From the NCBI GenBank assembly GCA_963737655.1, contig CAVTTN010000002.1, positions 4,576,001 through 4,640,000 on the forward strand: a stretch of DNA of 64,000 nt, written 5' to 3'. Made by a program: the position numbers and the translations under genes. This document shows positions 29,647 to 39,591 of the stretch, one piece after another. Numbering within the stretch: the stretch's first letter is position 1; every line of letters starts with the position of its first letter. The notes under the pieces were generated by a model that ran no database searches, had not been told where the DNA came from, and worked only from the letters and a program-made list of their open reading frames with translations. The stretch comes from an uncultured Planctomycetota bacterium. GTDB taxonomy: Bacteria; Planctomycetota; Planctomycetia; Isosphaerales; Isosphaeraceae.

Positions 29647-31044
29647 ATGACTCCCCTTCGCTGGCCGTCCGTCGTCGTTGCCGGACTCGCCCTCGCCCAG
29701 CTCCTGCCCGTTTCGGCCGGTTTCGCCGCCGATCGCGACCCGTCCGCCTTCTCGGGCCGGGCCCTGGCCGTCGTCGAGACGATCCTGAAGCACCATCCCG
29801 AGGCCCCCGCCCGCCAGGGCTTGATCCTCGGCGGCCTCCGCTCGGCGATGGACGAGGCGAAGCTCGCCGAGCCTCCCGGCCTGGCGGCCCGGGTCTCGGC
29901 GATCAGTGCGCCCGACGGGTTCGCGGCGATCCTGGCCGAGCTCATGCCGAAGGAGACGTCGGCCGACCCCGACATCCGGCCGGTTGAGGACGCCTTCTTC
30001 CGGGGGATGTTCGCGAACGTCCCGGGCGGGGCCGTCCTGATGGAGGCCAAGGAGGCCCGCGTGGCCGAGCAGATGGCCGGCAACCGCTACGTCGGCATCC
30101 AGGTCGCCCTGAGCCTCGAGACCGACGGCGTCAAGTTCCTCCAGATCTTTCCCGGAGGCCCCGCCGACCGCGCCGGGATCAAGACGGGCGACGTCCTGGA
30201 AGCCGTCGAGGGGGATTCGATCGTCGGCAAGCCGCTCCGCAAGGTGATCGACCTGCTTCGAGGGGCCGAGGGGACCGAGCTGACGGTCTCGGTCCGCACC
30301 CCCGGCGAGAAGGAGGCTCGGACGCGCCGGCTGACCCGGCTGGCCATGCCCCATCCGACGATCACCGGCCACGGGCCCGCCCCGGCCGACGTCTGGCTCG
30401 GTTCGTCCGAGGACGACCACCGCGTGGCCTACCTGAAGTTCGACGAGATCCTCGCCAGCACCCCCCACGAGCTCCGCACCCTGGCCCGATCCCTGGAAAA
30501 CCAGGGGGCGAAGTCGCTGGTCCTGGACCTCCGCAACGGGCAGCAGGCCCAGTTCCACCCGACCCTCCTGATCGCCGACAGCCTCCTCGAACGCGGTAAA
30601 ATCGGCCGGTCGCGAACCACCGATCGCGAGACGACCTACGAGGCCGACGCCGACGCCCTGCTCCCGGGCCTGCCGATGGCGGTCCTCGTCGGCGAGGAGA
30701 CCACCGGAGCGGCCGAATGGCTGGCCGCCGCGCTCCAGGACAACCATCGGGCCGTGATCGTCGGCCGGCCGACCCGAGGGTTCGGCGCGATCAAGACCAC
30801 CGTGCCCGTCGGCGAGACCGGCGACTCGCTCACGCTGACGACCGGCGAGCTCGAACGCGGAGACGGCCGACCGATCGGACCGAAGCTCTGGCCGGTCGTC
30901 GCGAACGTGGAATACCTCGGCCGGCCCACCCCTCGGGCGCTCCGGAGGCGCCGGAGCGGCCGAAATTCGGCGTCGTCCCCGACGTGCTCGCCAAGAAGGA
31001 CGACAAGGCCCCCGATGGCGATCGCGACCTCGCGGCCGAGTTGA
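29647..31044 (+). CDS. PDZ-containing S41-family protein, catalytic residues apparently absent; C-terminus frameshifted near 30945
   Basis: Signal peptide, YVGIQV, GGPADRAGIKTGD (PDZ), LVLDLR; catalytic region reads TTGAAE...TRGFG. Confidence 0.8.
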   Translation: MTPLRWPSVVVAGLALAQLLPVSAGFAADRDPSAFSGRALAVVETILKHHPEAPARQGLILGGLRSAMDEAKLAEPPGLAARVSAISAPDGFAAILAELMPKETSADPDIRPVEDAFFRGMFANVPGGAVLMEAKEARVAEQMAGNRYVGIQVALSLETDGVKFLQIFPGGPADRAGIKTGDVLEAVEGDSIVGKPLRKVIDLLRGAEGTELTVSVRTPGEKEARTRRLTRLAMPHPTITGHGPAPADVWLGSSEDDHRVAYLKFDEILASTPHELRTLARSLENQGAKSLVLDLRNGQQAQFHPTLLIADSLLERGKIGRSRTTDRETTYEADADALLPGLPMAVLVGEETTGAAEWLAAALQDNHRAVIVGRPTRGFGAIKTTVPVGETGDSLTLTTGELERGDGRPIGPKLWPVVANVEYLGRPTPRALRRRRSGRNSASSPTCSPRRTTRPPMAIATSRPS

Positions 31045-31155
31045 TGAGGAAGGCGATCGAGAAAGCGGCGACGACCGACACCCCTTCGAACCCGGAGCGG
31101 AAATCGAGCGCAGTCCTCTCGCAACGCCCCGGGCGTCGGGGTTCGGATCGGCCTG

Positions 31156-32862
31156 GTGCTCGTCGTCCTGACCGGCTCTCGGGCCGTCGCCGACGATGCC
31201 GGAGGCTTCCGGGCCGAGACGAAGGCCCGGCAACCCGGCTCGCTCGTCGTCGCCGACGGCGGCCGGCTCCTGCTCGTGGGCAACCACCGGTCGGGTTCGA
31301 TCTCGACGATCGACCTCTCCGCCGAACGGGTCGCGGCCGAGACGACCGTGGGACGAAGCCTCTCGGCGATGGCCGCCGTCCCGGGGGGCGATCGGCTGGT
31401 CGCGCTCGACCCGGATTCTCGCGCCCTGATCCTCCTGGATCGCCGAGGGACCGAAATCCGCGAGATCGCCCGGGCCGAGACCCCGGCCGATCCGTTCCGA
31501 GTGGCCGTTTCGCCCGACGGCAAGACGGTGGTGGTGGCGTCTCGGTGGACGCGGAGCCTCGGCCTCTTCCGAATCCCGGGCGAGAAGCCGGCGATCGAGG
31601 CGGTTCGGACCGTCGAAATGCCGTTTTCGCCGGGCGAGCTGGTGTTCCTGAGCGACGGCCCCTCGCTGGTCGTCGCCGACGCGTTCGGCGGGTCGATCGC
31701 GACGGTCGATCCGGTTTCGGGGGCGATCGGCGAGGTCCGCGGGCTCCCGGCCCACAACATCCGGGGGATGGCCGTCTCGCCCGACGGCCGGACCCTGGCC
31801 CTGGTCCATCAAACCCTGCATCGTCAGGCCCGATCGACGTTCGACGACGTGCATTGGGGGTCCTTGCTCAGCAACCATCTCCGCCTGGTTCGCGTGACGG
31901 ACCTGAAAACGGCCGGGCCGCTCAACGCCCGGGTCGTCGATCTGGACGAGGTCGCCCACGCGGCCGGAGACCCCTCGGCCGTGGCGTTCGCTCCCGACGG
32001 CCGGACCGTCGTGGCCCTGGGAGGCGTGGGCGAAGCGGCGATCGTGGCGCCTCCGGGGCATCCCCTGCGAAGGTTCGAGGTCGGGCGGCGGCCGTCGGCC
32101 GTGGCGCTCTCGCCCGACGGCAAAATGGCCTATTTCGCCGATCCCGACGCCGACTCCGTGGCGACCGTCTCCACCGAGGGCGGGACCAACCGCAAACGGG
32201 TGACGCTCGGCCCCCGGCCCGAGCCGTCGGCCGTCGAACGGGGCGAACGCCTGTTCCGCGACGCGAGGCTCTCGCACCACGGATGGCTGAGCTGCGCAAG
32301 TTGTCACACCGACGGCCACACCATCGGCGGCCTGGCCGACACCCTGGGCGACGGTTCCTACGGGGCCCCGAAGCTCGTCCCGAGCCTCTTCGGCGTCAAG
32401 TCCACCGGCCCCTGGGGCTGGCTGGGGAACTTGCCGGACCTGGGAACGCAGGTCAAGAAATCGGTCGAGACGACCATGAGAGGCGACTCGCCCGACGAGG
32501 CGAAGGTCGCCGACCTGGTCGCCTATCTCGACTCGCTGGAACTCCCGGTAGCCCGGCCGACGGTCGATCCGTCGGCGGCATCACGAGGAAAAGCGATCTT
32601 CAAGGCGCGAGACTGCGCCCGATGCCACTCGGGCGACGCCCTGACCTCCGAGGGCCAGTACGACGTGGGCCTGGACGATCAGGCCGGCAATCGCAAGTTC
32701 AACCCGCCGTCGCTCCGAGGGGCGGGCCTCCGCGATCGGTTCCTGCACGACGGCCGCGCGGGGTCGATCGAGGACGTGTTTCGCGTTCAAAAGCACCCGG
32801 ACGGCCGCTCGATGAGTTCGGACGAGATCCGCGACCTGGCGGCCTTCCTGCGGACTTTGTGA
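31156..32862 (+). CDS. YVTN-type beta-propeller fused to a di-heme cytochrome c (peroxidase-like) domain
   Basis: Repeated A.SPDG motifs; CASCH and CARCH heme motifs; PSL.G...T.PWGW and PSLRG...FLHDG. Start uncertain. Confidence 0.85.
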   Translation: MLVVLTGSRAVADDAGGFRAETKARQPGSLVVADGGRLLLVGNHRSGSISTIDLSAERVAAETTVGRSLSAMAAVPGGDRLVALDPDSRALILLDRRGTEIREIARAETPADPFRVAVSPDGKTVVVASRWTRSLGLFRIPGEKPAIEAVRTVEMPFSPGELVFLSDGPSLVVADAFGGSIATVDPVSGAIGEVRGLPAHNIRGMAVSPDGRTLALVHQTLHRQARSTFDDVHWGSLLSNHLRLVRVTDLKTAGPLNARVVDLDEVAHAAGDPSAVAFAPDGRTVVALGGVGEAAIVAPPGHPLRRFEVGRRPSAVALSPDGKMAYFADPDADSVATVSTEGGTNRKRVTLGPRPEPSAVERGERLFRDARLSHHGWLSCASCHTDGHTIGGLADTLGDGSYGAPKLVPSLFGVKSTGPWGWLGNLPDLGTQVKKSVETTMRGDSPDEAKVADLVAYLDSLELPVARPTVDPSAASRGKAIFKARDCARCHSGDALTSEGQYDVGLDDQAGNRKFNPPSLRGAGLRDRFLHDGRAGSIEDVFRVQKHPDGRSMSSDEIRDLAAFLRTL

Positions 32863-32877
32863 GGTGGACCGGAGATT

Positions 32878-33152
32878 GAACCGCCAAGACGCCAAGTTCG
32901 CCAAGAGAAGAGGAGAGGAGGAGGTGAGGAGAAGAGAAGAGGTGACGAGGAGAAGAGAGGTGAGAGGAAGAGATTGAAGAGAGTGGAGAGTGAAAAGAGA
33001 TGAGTGAATTCTGAAATTCCTCGATTTCTCCGACTCTCTTGCCTCTTCTCTCCACCTCAACTCACCTCTTCCCTCTTCCTGACCTCCCCTCTTCTCTTCT
33101 CCTCACCTCCTCCTCTCTTCTTCCCTTGGCGAACTTGGCGTCTTGGCGGTTC
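32878..33152. repeat. REPIN-like element: 28-bp inverted repeats flanking complementary polypurine/polypyrimidine arms
   Basis: gaaccgccaagacgccaagttcgccaag (32878-32905) vs cttggcgaacttggcgtcttggcggttc (33125-33152); an A/G-rich tract followed by a C/T-rich tract. Confidence 0.9.
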
Positions 33153-33192
33153 GTCCGTTTGTCCGTTCGTCCGTTCGTCCGTTCGCCCGCAT

Positions 33193-33636
33193 TCAATGCC
33201 TGGGCCGGAGGGCGGAGGCGGAGTCGTCGGAGCGGAGGCGCCGCCTCTGGAACCGGGCGGTGGTCCCGGCGTGGGGTCCTTCGGTGATGGCGACGCGGAC
33301 CCATCGGAAGCGGGCCATGAAGGAGCCGGCCTCGTAGCGTCTGGGCCCGCGTTGGCGGATGGCGTCGGCCTCGGGCGACGGCGCGGCCCGGGCCAGGCGC
33401 TCGACGTCGTCGCCGGTCTGCTCGTACTCGTTGGGGTCATCCAGGACCACGACCTTGGTGCCGAGGGGTTCGAGGTCGAACCCGAGGGTTTCGCCGGGCA
33501 GGGCGCCCACGGGCGCGCCGGTGCCGGGCCCCGCGACGATCGCGACGGTCCCGGGCGGGAGGGGATCGTTCTCGGGGTCGGCCCCGGCGCCGAACCGAGG
33601 CGAGGGCCGACCCATCCGCGCAAAGGCGACTCGCAT
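33193..33636 (-). CDS. Hypothetical protein
   Basis: 147-aa ORF with GAGG RBS and coding-like GC3; no recognised motif. Confidence 0.45.
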   Translation of the reverse strand: MRVAFARMGRPSPRFGAGADPENDPLPPGTVAIVAGPGTGAPVGALPGETLGFDLEPLGTKVVVLDDPNEYEQTGDDVERLARAAPSPEADAIRQRGPRRYEAGSFMARFRWVRVAITEGPHAGTTARFQRRRLRSDDSASALRPRH

Positions 33637-33879
33637 GATGGGACCTCGTAGAGAGGTGGAACGGAGAAGAGAGAGGTGACGTTGCCAAATTTATCCCCCT
33701 CCGTCCCGGAATGCACGCGAATTCCGCCGAGAATGTGGGGGCAGATCGTGAATTTCGTCACGATTGGATATTTCCCTTGCAGCCCTCCGGGTCGTGTGCT
33801 GGAGTGAGAGTCGGGTCGAATCATCAACGGCCGCCCATCCCACCCGGCCCTCAAGGTCGAGGCGGCGAGGGCGTCCGAG

Positions 33880-35853
33880 ATGCCCTCTTGGCGAGAGCCC
33901 GAACATGACGAGCCTCCTTACCCCCGTCGCGCCGCGCCCGCGCGGTCGGTGGACCCCGCGCGCCCCGAGCCGGCGGTCAATGACCTGGCCATCCGGGTCG
34001 GCACGGTCAACGGCTCCGGGAGCCAGTCGGCGAACCTGGTGTTGCTCCGCGCCCTCCACGGGATGGGCATCCCGTGCAGCGGCAAGAACGTCTTCCCCTC
34101 GAACATCGAGGGCCTGCCGACGTGGTTCCACATCCGGGCCAGCGGCCAGGGCTACACCGCCCACAAGACGGATGCCCCGGTGCTCGTCTGCATGAACGAG
34201 CAGACCGCCGAGGACGACGTCCGGGCCCTGCGGCCCGGCTCGATCTGCATCGTCCGCGACGACTTCAAGGACGACGTCTCCGCCCTCCGCGACGACGTGG
34301 ACTTCTTCACCGTCCCGTTCGCCGAGCTGGCCGAGTCCGCCTTTCCCCCCGTGGCCGGGGACAAGGGATATCGCGACAAGCTGCGCAAGGTCGTGAACAT
34401 GGTCTACGTGGGCGTGGTCGCCATCGCCTGCGGGATCGAGATGGACGAGGTCCGCAAGGCGATCCGCCGCGAGTTCCCCGGCCGCAAGGCCAAGGCCGCC
34501 GAGATCAACATCAAGGCGGCCGAGGCCGGCGCCGACTGGGCCGAGGAGCACCTCCCCCGAGACCTGCCGTTCCGGGTCCGCCGGCTCGACGCCACGACCG
34601 GGCAGATCCTGATCGAGGGGAACAAGGCCGCGGCCCTGGGCGCCCTGTTCGGCGGGGCGAGCGTCCTGACGTGGTACCCGATCACTCCGTCGAGCAGCCT
34701 GGCCGAGTACGCCGAGGGCTTCCTCAAGGCCCACCGGACCCGACCCGACGGCAAGAAGACCTTCGCCGTGGTCCAGGCGGAGGACGAGCTCGCCGCCATC
34801 GGCATGGCCGTGGGCGCCGGTTGGGCCGGGGCCAGGTCGATCACCGCGACGAGCGGGCCGGGGATCTCGCTGATGTCCGAGTTCGTCGGCCTCGCGTACT
34901 TCGCCGAGATCCCGGTGGCGATCGTGGACGTCCAGAGGATGGGCCCGAGCACCGGCCTCCCCACCCGGACCAACCAGGGCGACGTGGTCAAGCTCCACCT
35001 GCTCGGCCACGGCGACTGCCGCCACGTCGTCCTGATCCCCGGCTCCGTGGGCGAATGCTTCAGCCTGACGGCCGAGGCGATCGACCTCTCCCAGGAGTTG
35101 CAGACCCCGGTGTTCGTCGCCACGGACCTGGACCTCGGCATGAACCTCTGGCTGAGCGAGCCGTTCGCCTATCCCGAGAAGCCCATCCGTCGCGGGAAGA
35201 TCCTGGACGCCGAGGCGCTGGAAGCCCGAGGCCAGTTCGAGAGATACCGCGACCTGGACGGCGACGGCGTGTGCTACCGGACCCTGCCCGGCACCGAGCA
35301 CCCCCTGGCCGCCTACTTCACCCGAGGCACCGGCCACAACGAGCGCTCCGGCTACAGCGAACGGCCCGAGGACTGGAAGAGGAACATCGACCGGCTGGCC
35401 AGGAAGCTCGAAACGGCGAGGAATCGGCTGCCGGCGCCGGTGATCGACACGCCCCCCGGGGCCAGGGTCGGGCTGATCGCCTACGGATCGACCCACCCGG
35501 CGATGGCCGAGGCGCGCGACCTCCTCCGCGACCAGGGCCTCCTCGCCGGCTACTGCCGGATCCGCTCCCTGCCGGTGTCGGACGAGGTCCCGGCGTTCAT
35601 CGCCCGATATGATCGGGTGTACGTGGTCGAGCAGAACCGGGATGGTCAGGTCTGCACCCTCCTGCGAGGCTCGCTCGAAGGGACGCTGGACGACCGGCTC
35701 GTCTCGGTCACCCACTACAACGGCACCCCGATCGCCGCCGAGAACATCGCCCACCCGATCCTGGACTGGGAGCGGACGTTCTCCGACCACGGGAGCCTGA
35801 CCGACGTTTCCGGCCGCGCCGAGGCGAAGGAAGGGGCGGTCTCGTCCGAGTAG
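33880..35853 (+). CDS. korA: 2-oxoacid:ferredoxin oxidoreductase alpha subunit (fused gamma domain)
   Basis: VNGSGSQSAN, YPITPSS, QAEDELAA, ATSGPGISLM, QRMGPSTGLPT, VVEQN. Exact start uncertain. Confidence 0.93.
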   Translation: MPSWREPEHDEPPYPRRAAPARSVDPARPEPAVNDLAIRVGTVNGSGSQSANLVLLRALHGMGIPCSGKNVFPSNIEGLPTWFHIRASGQGYTAHKTDAPVLVCMNEQTAEDDVRALRPGSICIVRDDFKDDVSALRDDVDFFTVPFAELAESAFPPVAGDKGYRDKLRKVVNMVYVGVVAIACGIEMDEVRKAIRREFPGRKAKAAEINIKAAEAGADWAEEHLPRDLPFRVRRLDATTGQILIEGNKAAALGALFGGASVLTWYPITPSSSLAEYAEGFLKAHRTRPDGKKTFAVVQAEDELAAIGMAVGAGWAGARSITATSGPGISLMSEFVGLAYFAEIPVAIVDVQRMGPSTGLPTRTNQGDVVKLHLLGHGDCRHVVLIPGSVGECFSLTAEAIDLSQELQTPVFVATDLDLGMNLWLSEPFAYPEKPIRRGKILDAEALEARGQFERYRDLDGDGVCYRTLPGTEHPLAAYFTRGTGHNERSGYSERPEDWKRNIDRLARKLETARNRLPAPVIDTPPGARVGLIAYGSTHPAMAEARDLLRDQGLLAGYCRIRSLPVSDEVPAFIARYDRVYVVEQNRDGQVCTLLRGSLEGTLDDRLVSVTHYNGTPIAAENIAHPILDWERTFSDHGSLTDVSGRAEAKEGAVSSE

Positions 35854-35907
35854 GGTCCGCGCCGAGCGTCACGAATTCAACCCAATCACCGATCCAGGGG
35901 TTTTCTC

Positions 35908-36963
35908 ATGAGCAAGGACGAAGCGGCGGTCCTCGTCGAGTCCCCCGGCCATACGGGGTCGTTGCCGACCCTGGCGTTCCAGGGCCTGCCCTCGACGCTC
36001 TGCAAGGGCTGCGGGCACAACAGCATCACCAGCGCGCTGATCGAGGCGTGCAAGGCGGTCGGCCTCGACCCGTATTACACGATCAAGGTCAGCGGGATCG
36101 GCTGTTCGAGCAAGACCCCGGCGTACCTGCTCCAGTACAGCCACGGGTTCAACACCCTGCATGGCCGGATGCCCTCGGTGGCCACCGGGGCGGCCCTGGC
36201 GAACCATCGGCTCACGTGCATCGGCATCAGCGGCGACGGCGACACGGCGAACATCGGCCTGGGCCAGTTCAAGCATGCGTGCCGTCGCAATCTGCCGATG
36301 GTCTATCTCGTCGAGGACAACGGCTGTTACGGCCTGACGAAGGGGCAATTCTCCGCCACGGCCGACCTCCACGCCCACCTCCGCCGGGAGACCGGCGAGG
36401 AGAACCCCACTCCGCCGTTCGACCTCTGCCTGGAGGCGATCGCCGCCGGCGCCACCTATGTGGCGCGGTCGTTCGCGGGCGACCGCAAGCAGTTGATCCC
36501 GTTGCTCAAGGGGGCCCTGAAGCATCGTGGGACGGCCTTCCTGGACATCATCAGCCCGTGCGTCACCTTCAATGACTTCGCCAGCTCCACCAAGAGCTGG
36601 GAATGGGCGAAGGCCCACGAGGAACCCCTCCACGAGATCGGCTTCGTCCGCCAGCTCCCGGAGATCGAGGTCGAGCAGGAAGCCGGGAAGACCACAAGGG
36701 TCCAGCTCCACGACGGCTCGTGGATCACCCTCCGGGCCCTTCATCACGAGGAGCACGACGCCACCCATCGCGGGTCGGCGCTGAACCTGCTCGTCGAGAG
36801 CGCCGACAAGGGCGAATTCGTCACCGGCCTGATGTACATCGACGCGATCCGGCCCGATTTCGTGAGCATGCAAGACCTGGGCGAGACCCCGCTGAGCCTC
36901 CTGTCCGACGAGGACCTGAGGCCCGGCCGGGACGTCCTGGAGGGCATCCTGGCGGAGATTTGA
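35908..36963 (+). CDS. korB: 2-oxoacid:ferredoxin oxidoreductase beta subunit
   Basis: LCKGCGH, SGIGCS, HGR, TPP motif GDGD, YGLTKGQ, SPCVTFN. Confidence 0.93.
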   Translation: MSKDEAAVLVESPGHTGSLPTLAFQGLPSTLCKGCGHNSITSALIEACKAVGLDPYYTIKVSGIGCSSKTPAYLLQYSHGFNTLHGRMPSVATGAALANHRLTCIGISGDGDTANIGLGQFKHACRRNLPMVYLVEDNGCYGLTKGQFSATADLHAHLRRETGEENPTPPFDLCLEAIAAGATYVARSFAGDRKQLIPLLKGALKHRGTAFLDIISPCVTFNDFASSTKSWEWAKAHEEPLHEIGFVRQLPEIEVEQEAGKTTRVQLHDGSWITLRALHHEEHDATHRGSALNLLVESADKGEFVTGLMYIDAIRPDFVSMQDLGETPLSLLSDEDLRPGRDVLEGILAEI

Positions 36964-36982
36964 ACCATCAGGGGAAGTTGAT

Positions 36983-37089
36983 GCAGGGTGCATGAAATGC
37001 ACCAACGACGCGGCGGCCGAAGGCCGCCCACCCTGGCGCATTTCATGCAGCCTACACGACGTGTCGTTGGCGCATTTCATGCACCCGAC
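36983..37089. repeat. Cluster of three GTAG-type REP copies (GGTGCATGAAATGCACC family)
   Basis: Copies at 36983-37003, 37035-37055 (reverse) and 37069-37089 (reverse); related to 55403-55545 and a partial copy at ~8411. Confidence 0.85.
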
Positions 37090-38339
37090 AGGGATTCGAT
37101 CGCCTTGCAGGCCACGTCGATCGGATGCTCGGCCCGGATGCGATCGGCCAGGGTGCGACAGGTCCGCGCCACGTGCTCGTTTTCGAGCAGATCGGCCAGG
37201 GTCCGGGAGACGGCCGGTTCTCGGTAGCGCTTGACCCTCAGCGATCGGCCGATCCCGAGGCGTTCGAGACGATCGGCGTTGTCGAACTGGTCGTGCGCCA
37301 GGGGCCGGACGAGGTGGGGGATTCCGGCGGCCATCCCCTGGGCGGCGGTGCCGATCCCCCCGTGATGCACGAGCGCCGCGGCCCTCGGCAGGAGCGTGCT
37401 GAACGGAATATACGCGAAATGCCGGACCCCTTCCGGGAGGTCCTCGGGGATTTGATCGGCGAACTTCGTCGCGAGGATGCCCCTCCGCCCGAGCCGCTCG
37501 CACGCCGAGGCGCTCTCCGCGAAGAAGCCGTGGGCGAAGCGATTGGCCGAGCCGGGCGCGAAGACGATCGGAGGCGAACCTCGGTCGAGGAAATCCAGGA
37601 GATCCGGGTCGAGGGGCGAGACGTCGGCCTCGTCATAGAGCGGGAACCCGGCCTGGACCGTGTTCGGAGGCCAGTCCGACTGGATCGGCGCGTACCACTC
37701 GGGGAACATCGCCAGGACCAGGTCGGGCGAGTGCCACCATCGGTGGAAGATCCGTCGCACATTCGGCAATCCGACCTCGGCTCGATGGGCGTTGACCGGA
37801 GGGGCGAAGGTCCGATCGCTCGCCATCGACGCCACCCCGAAGAACGCCCGCTTCAGGGGGCGGGGGAGCCATCGGGGGATGGCCATGTCGCCCATCACCG
37901 GCATCGCCTCGACGCTCCAGAACACGGCCGGCTGGAGGTGGACGGTCGCCAGGGGGACGCCCAGCTTGTCCCTCGCCGTCCTCGCTCCGAAGGCGAGACC
38001 CCCGCAGACCACGGCGTCGAGCCCCTCGTTCTTCATGTCGCGGATGATGTCGTAGACCGGCCCCACGCCTCGGCCCGCGTGCGCCGAGACGGCCCGGAGG
38101 CTCTTCGTCGGGTGCCAGAGGTCGGGATCGACCAGGGCGGCCTCGAACTGGCCGGGCTCGCCGATGGTCCGGGACTCGAAGCCGTGCGAGTCCAGCAGCG
38201 GGACGAAATAATGCGGAGAAATGAAGATGACCTGATGTCCCCTCTGGCGGAGGGCCAGGCCGATCCCGATGAACGGGTGGACGTCGCCGGCGCTGCCGTA
38301 GGGGCACATCAGGATCTTCAAGCGAGGGCGCCTCCGCAT
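37077..38339 (-). CDS. GT1-family glycosyltransferase (RhlB/MGT-like)
   Basis: GSAGDVHP, HHGGIGT, PLAHDQFDNA. Confidence 0.92.
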   Translation of the reverse strand: MRRRPRLKILMCPYGSAGDVHPFIGIGLALRQRGHQVIFISPHYFVPLLDSHGFESRTIGEPGQFEAALVDPDLWHPTKSLRAVSAHAGRGVGPVYDIIRDMKNEGLDAVVCGGLAFGARTARDKLGVPLATVHLQPAVFWSVEAMPVMGDMAIPRWLPRPLKRAFFGVASMASDRTFAPPVNAHRAEVGLPNVRRIFHRWWHSPDLVLAMFPEWYAPIQSDWPPNTVQAGFPLYDEADVSPLDPDLLDFLDRGSPPIVFAPGSANRFAHGFFAESASACERLGRRGILATKFADQIPEDLPEGVRHFAYIPFSTLLPRAAALVHHGGIGTAAQGMAAGIPHLVRPLAHDQFDNADRLERLGIGRSLRVKRYREPAVSRTLADLLENEHVARTCRTLADRIRAEHPIDVACKAIESLSGA

Positions 38340-38503
38340 GGTTTTCGTCGGGCAGGCCACGGCCGGCCGGCCCCGCCCCGAGTCTGAGGAATGCTAGATT
38401 TCCGATGAAAATTATTCATGTAGATACTTGACAATTATATTCATCTTGCCTATTTCTCCACCTGTTATGCAAAGATTAGGATTGAAAAAAACGGGTTTTG
38501 TGC

Positions 38504-38537
38504 TTGACGCCCCCCCCCCCCCCCCGCCCTATATCCT
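38504..38537 (+). promoter_or_regulatory. Putative sigma70-like promoter with a poly-C spacer
   Basis: TTGACG (38504-38509), C16 (38510-38525), then GCCC and TATATCCT, about 50 nt upstream of the DUF1559 start. Confidence 0.45.
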
Positions 38538-38586
38538 ACCGCTCGTTCGAAGTATCGGAAGCAGGCGAATCCGGTAAGACGGAGAC

Positions 38587-39526
38587 ATGGTTATGAAGCG
38601 GCGCGGACTGACCCTCGTTGAGTTGCTCGTCATTCTCGCGATCATCGGACTTGTCCTCGCGCTCCTACTGCCGGCAGTCCAGGCAGCCCGCGAAGCCGCC
38701 AGAAGGGCTCAATGCTCGAATAATCTCAAACAAGTGGGCATTGCTTTTCACAATTATCACTCGACCCACTCATCGCTACCAAGGGAATTCAACAACCAAG
38801 GGAGTTCGCCTTTGGTACACATATTACCATATATGGAGCAAATCGCATTATTTGATTCGATAAACTTCAATGGGCCACTTTCTCTCTTAGGCAATTCAAA
38901 TAACGAAACGGCAAAACAACACGTCGTTTCAGTTTTCTTGTGTCCATCGGACACAAGGGAAAGCGACAGTGTCAATGTTTTTGCCCCAACAAATTACGCC
39001 TGTAACATCGGATATGGATTTAACGGTTTCGGCGACTTCGACAATGGTGTGTTCCCTCATCGCAGTCCTAATCGCGGCTTTGCAGACATCACCGATGGAT
39101 TGAGTTCAACGGCCATGGCTTCGGAGTGGCGACTCGGCTACTGGCGTCCTCAATCCCCTCCCGAGCGGGCGGTCTTCGTGATTCCCGATGGATCGCAACA
39201 GCCGAATAACTACAACCAATTCTCGGCCGCATGCTCCTCGATCAATCTCACGATAGCCGAACGGAGGGGGATCTCAAAAGGCAACTGTTGGTTCATGGGA
39301 GGAAATTTCTCTTCATCCTACTACCATACGATGCCGTTGAACCAGCCAAGTTGCTGGAATGTTGATAGTGATCACAGTTCGGCGACTGCTGGCAGTTACC
39401 ATCCCAGCGGAGCGAATGTGCTGTATTGCGACGGGGGCGTGCGATTCGCCAAGGACACCATCTCTCTCGCCACTTGGCGAGCCCCTCGGTAGCAGATCGG
39501 GAGGTGAAATCGTCCAAGATAATTAG
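38587..39526 (+). CDS. DUF1559 prepilin-type N-terminal cleavage protein; extra C near 39483
   Basis: [61 protein letters not shown]. Removing one C restores [16 protein letters not shown]. Confidence 0.93.
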
Positions 39527-39591
39527 CGTTGAAATGTGCCTTGTGCAACATTACCGTTCCTTCACCACAGAGCAACTCCAGGAGATTCACC

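Noticed and set aside
36983..37089. Repeated palindromes as a CRISPR array
   Set aside because: Copies are in mixed orientation with irregular spacing, and no cas genes are present.
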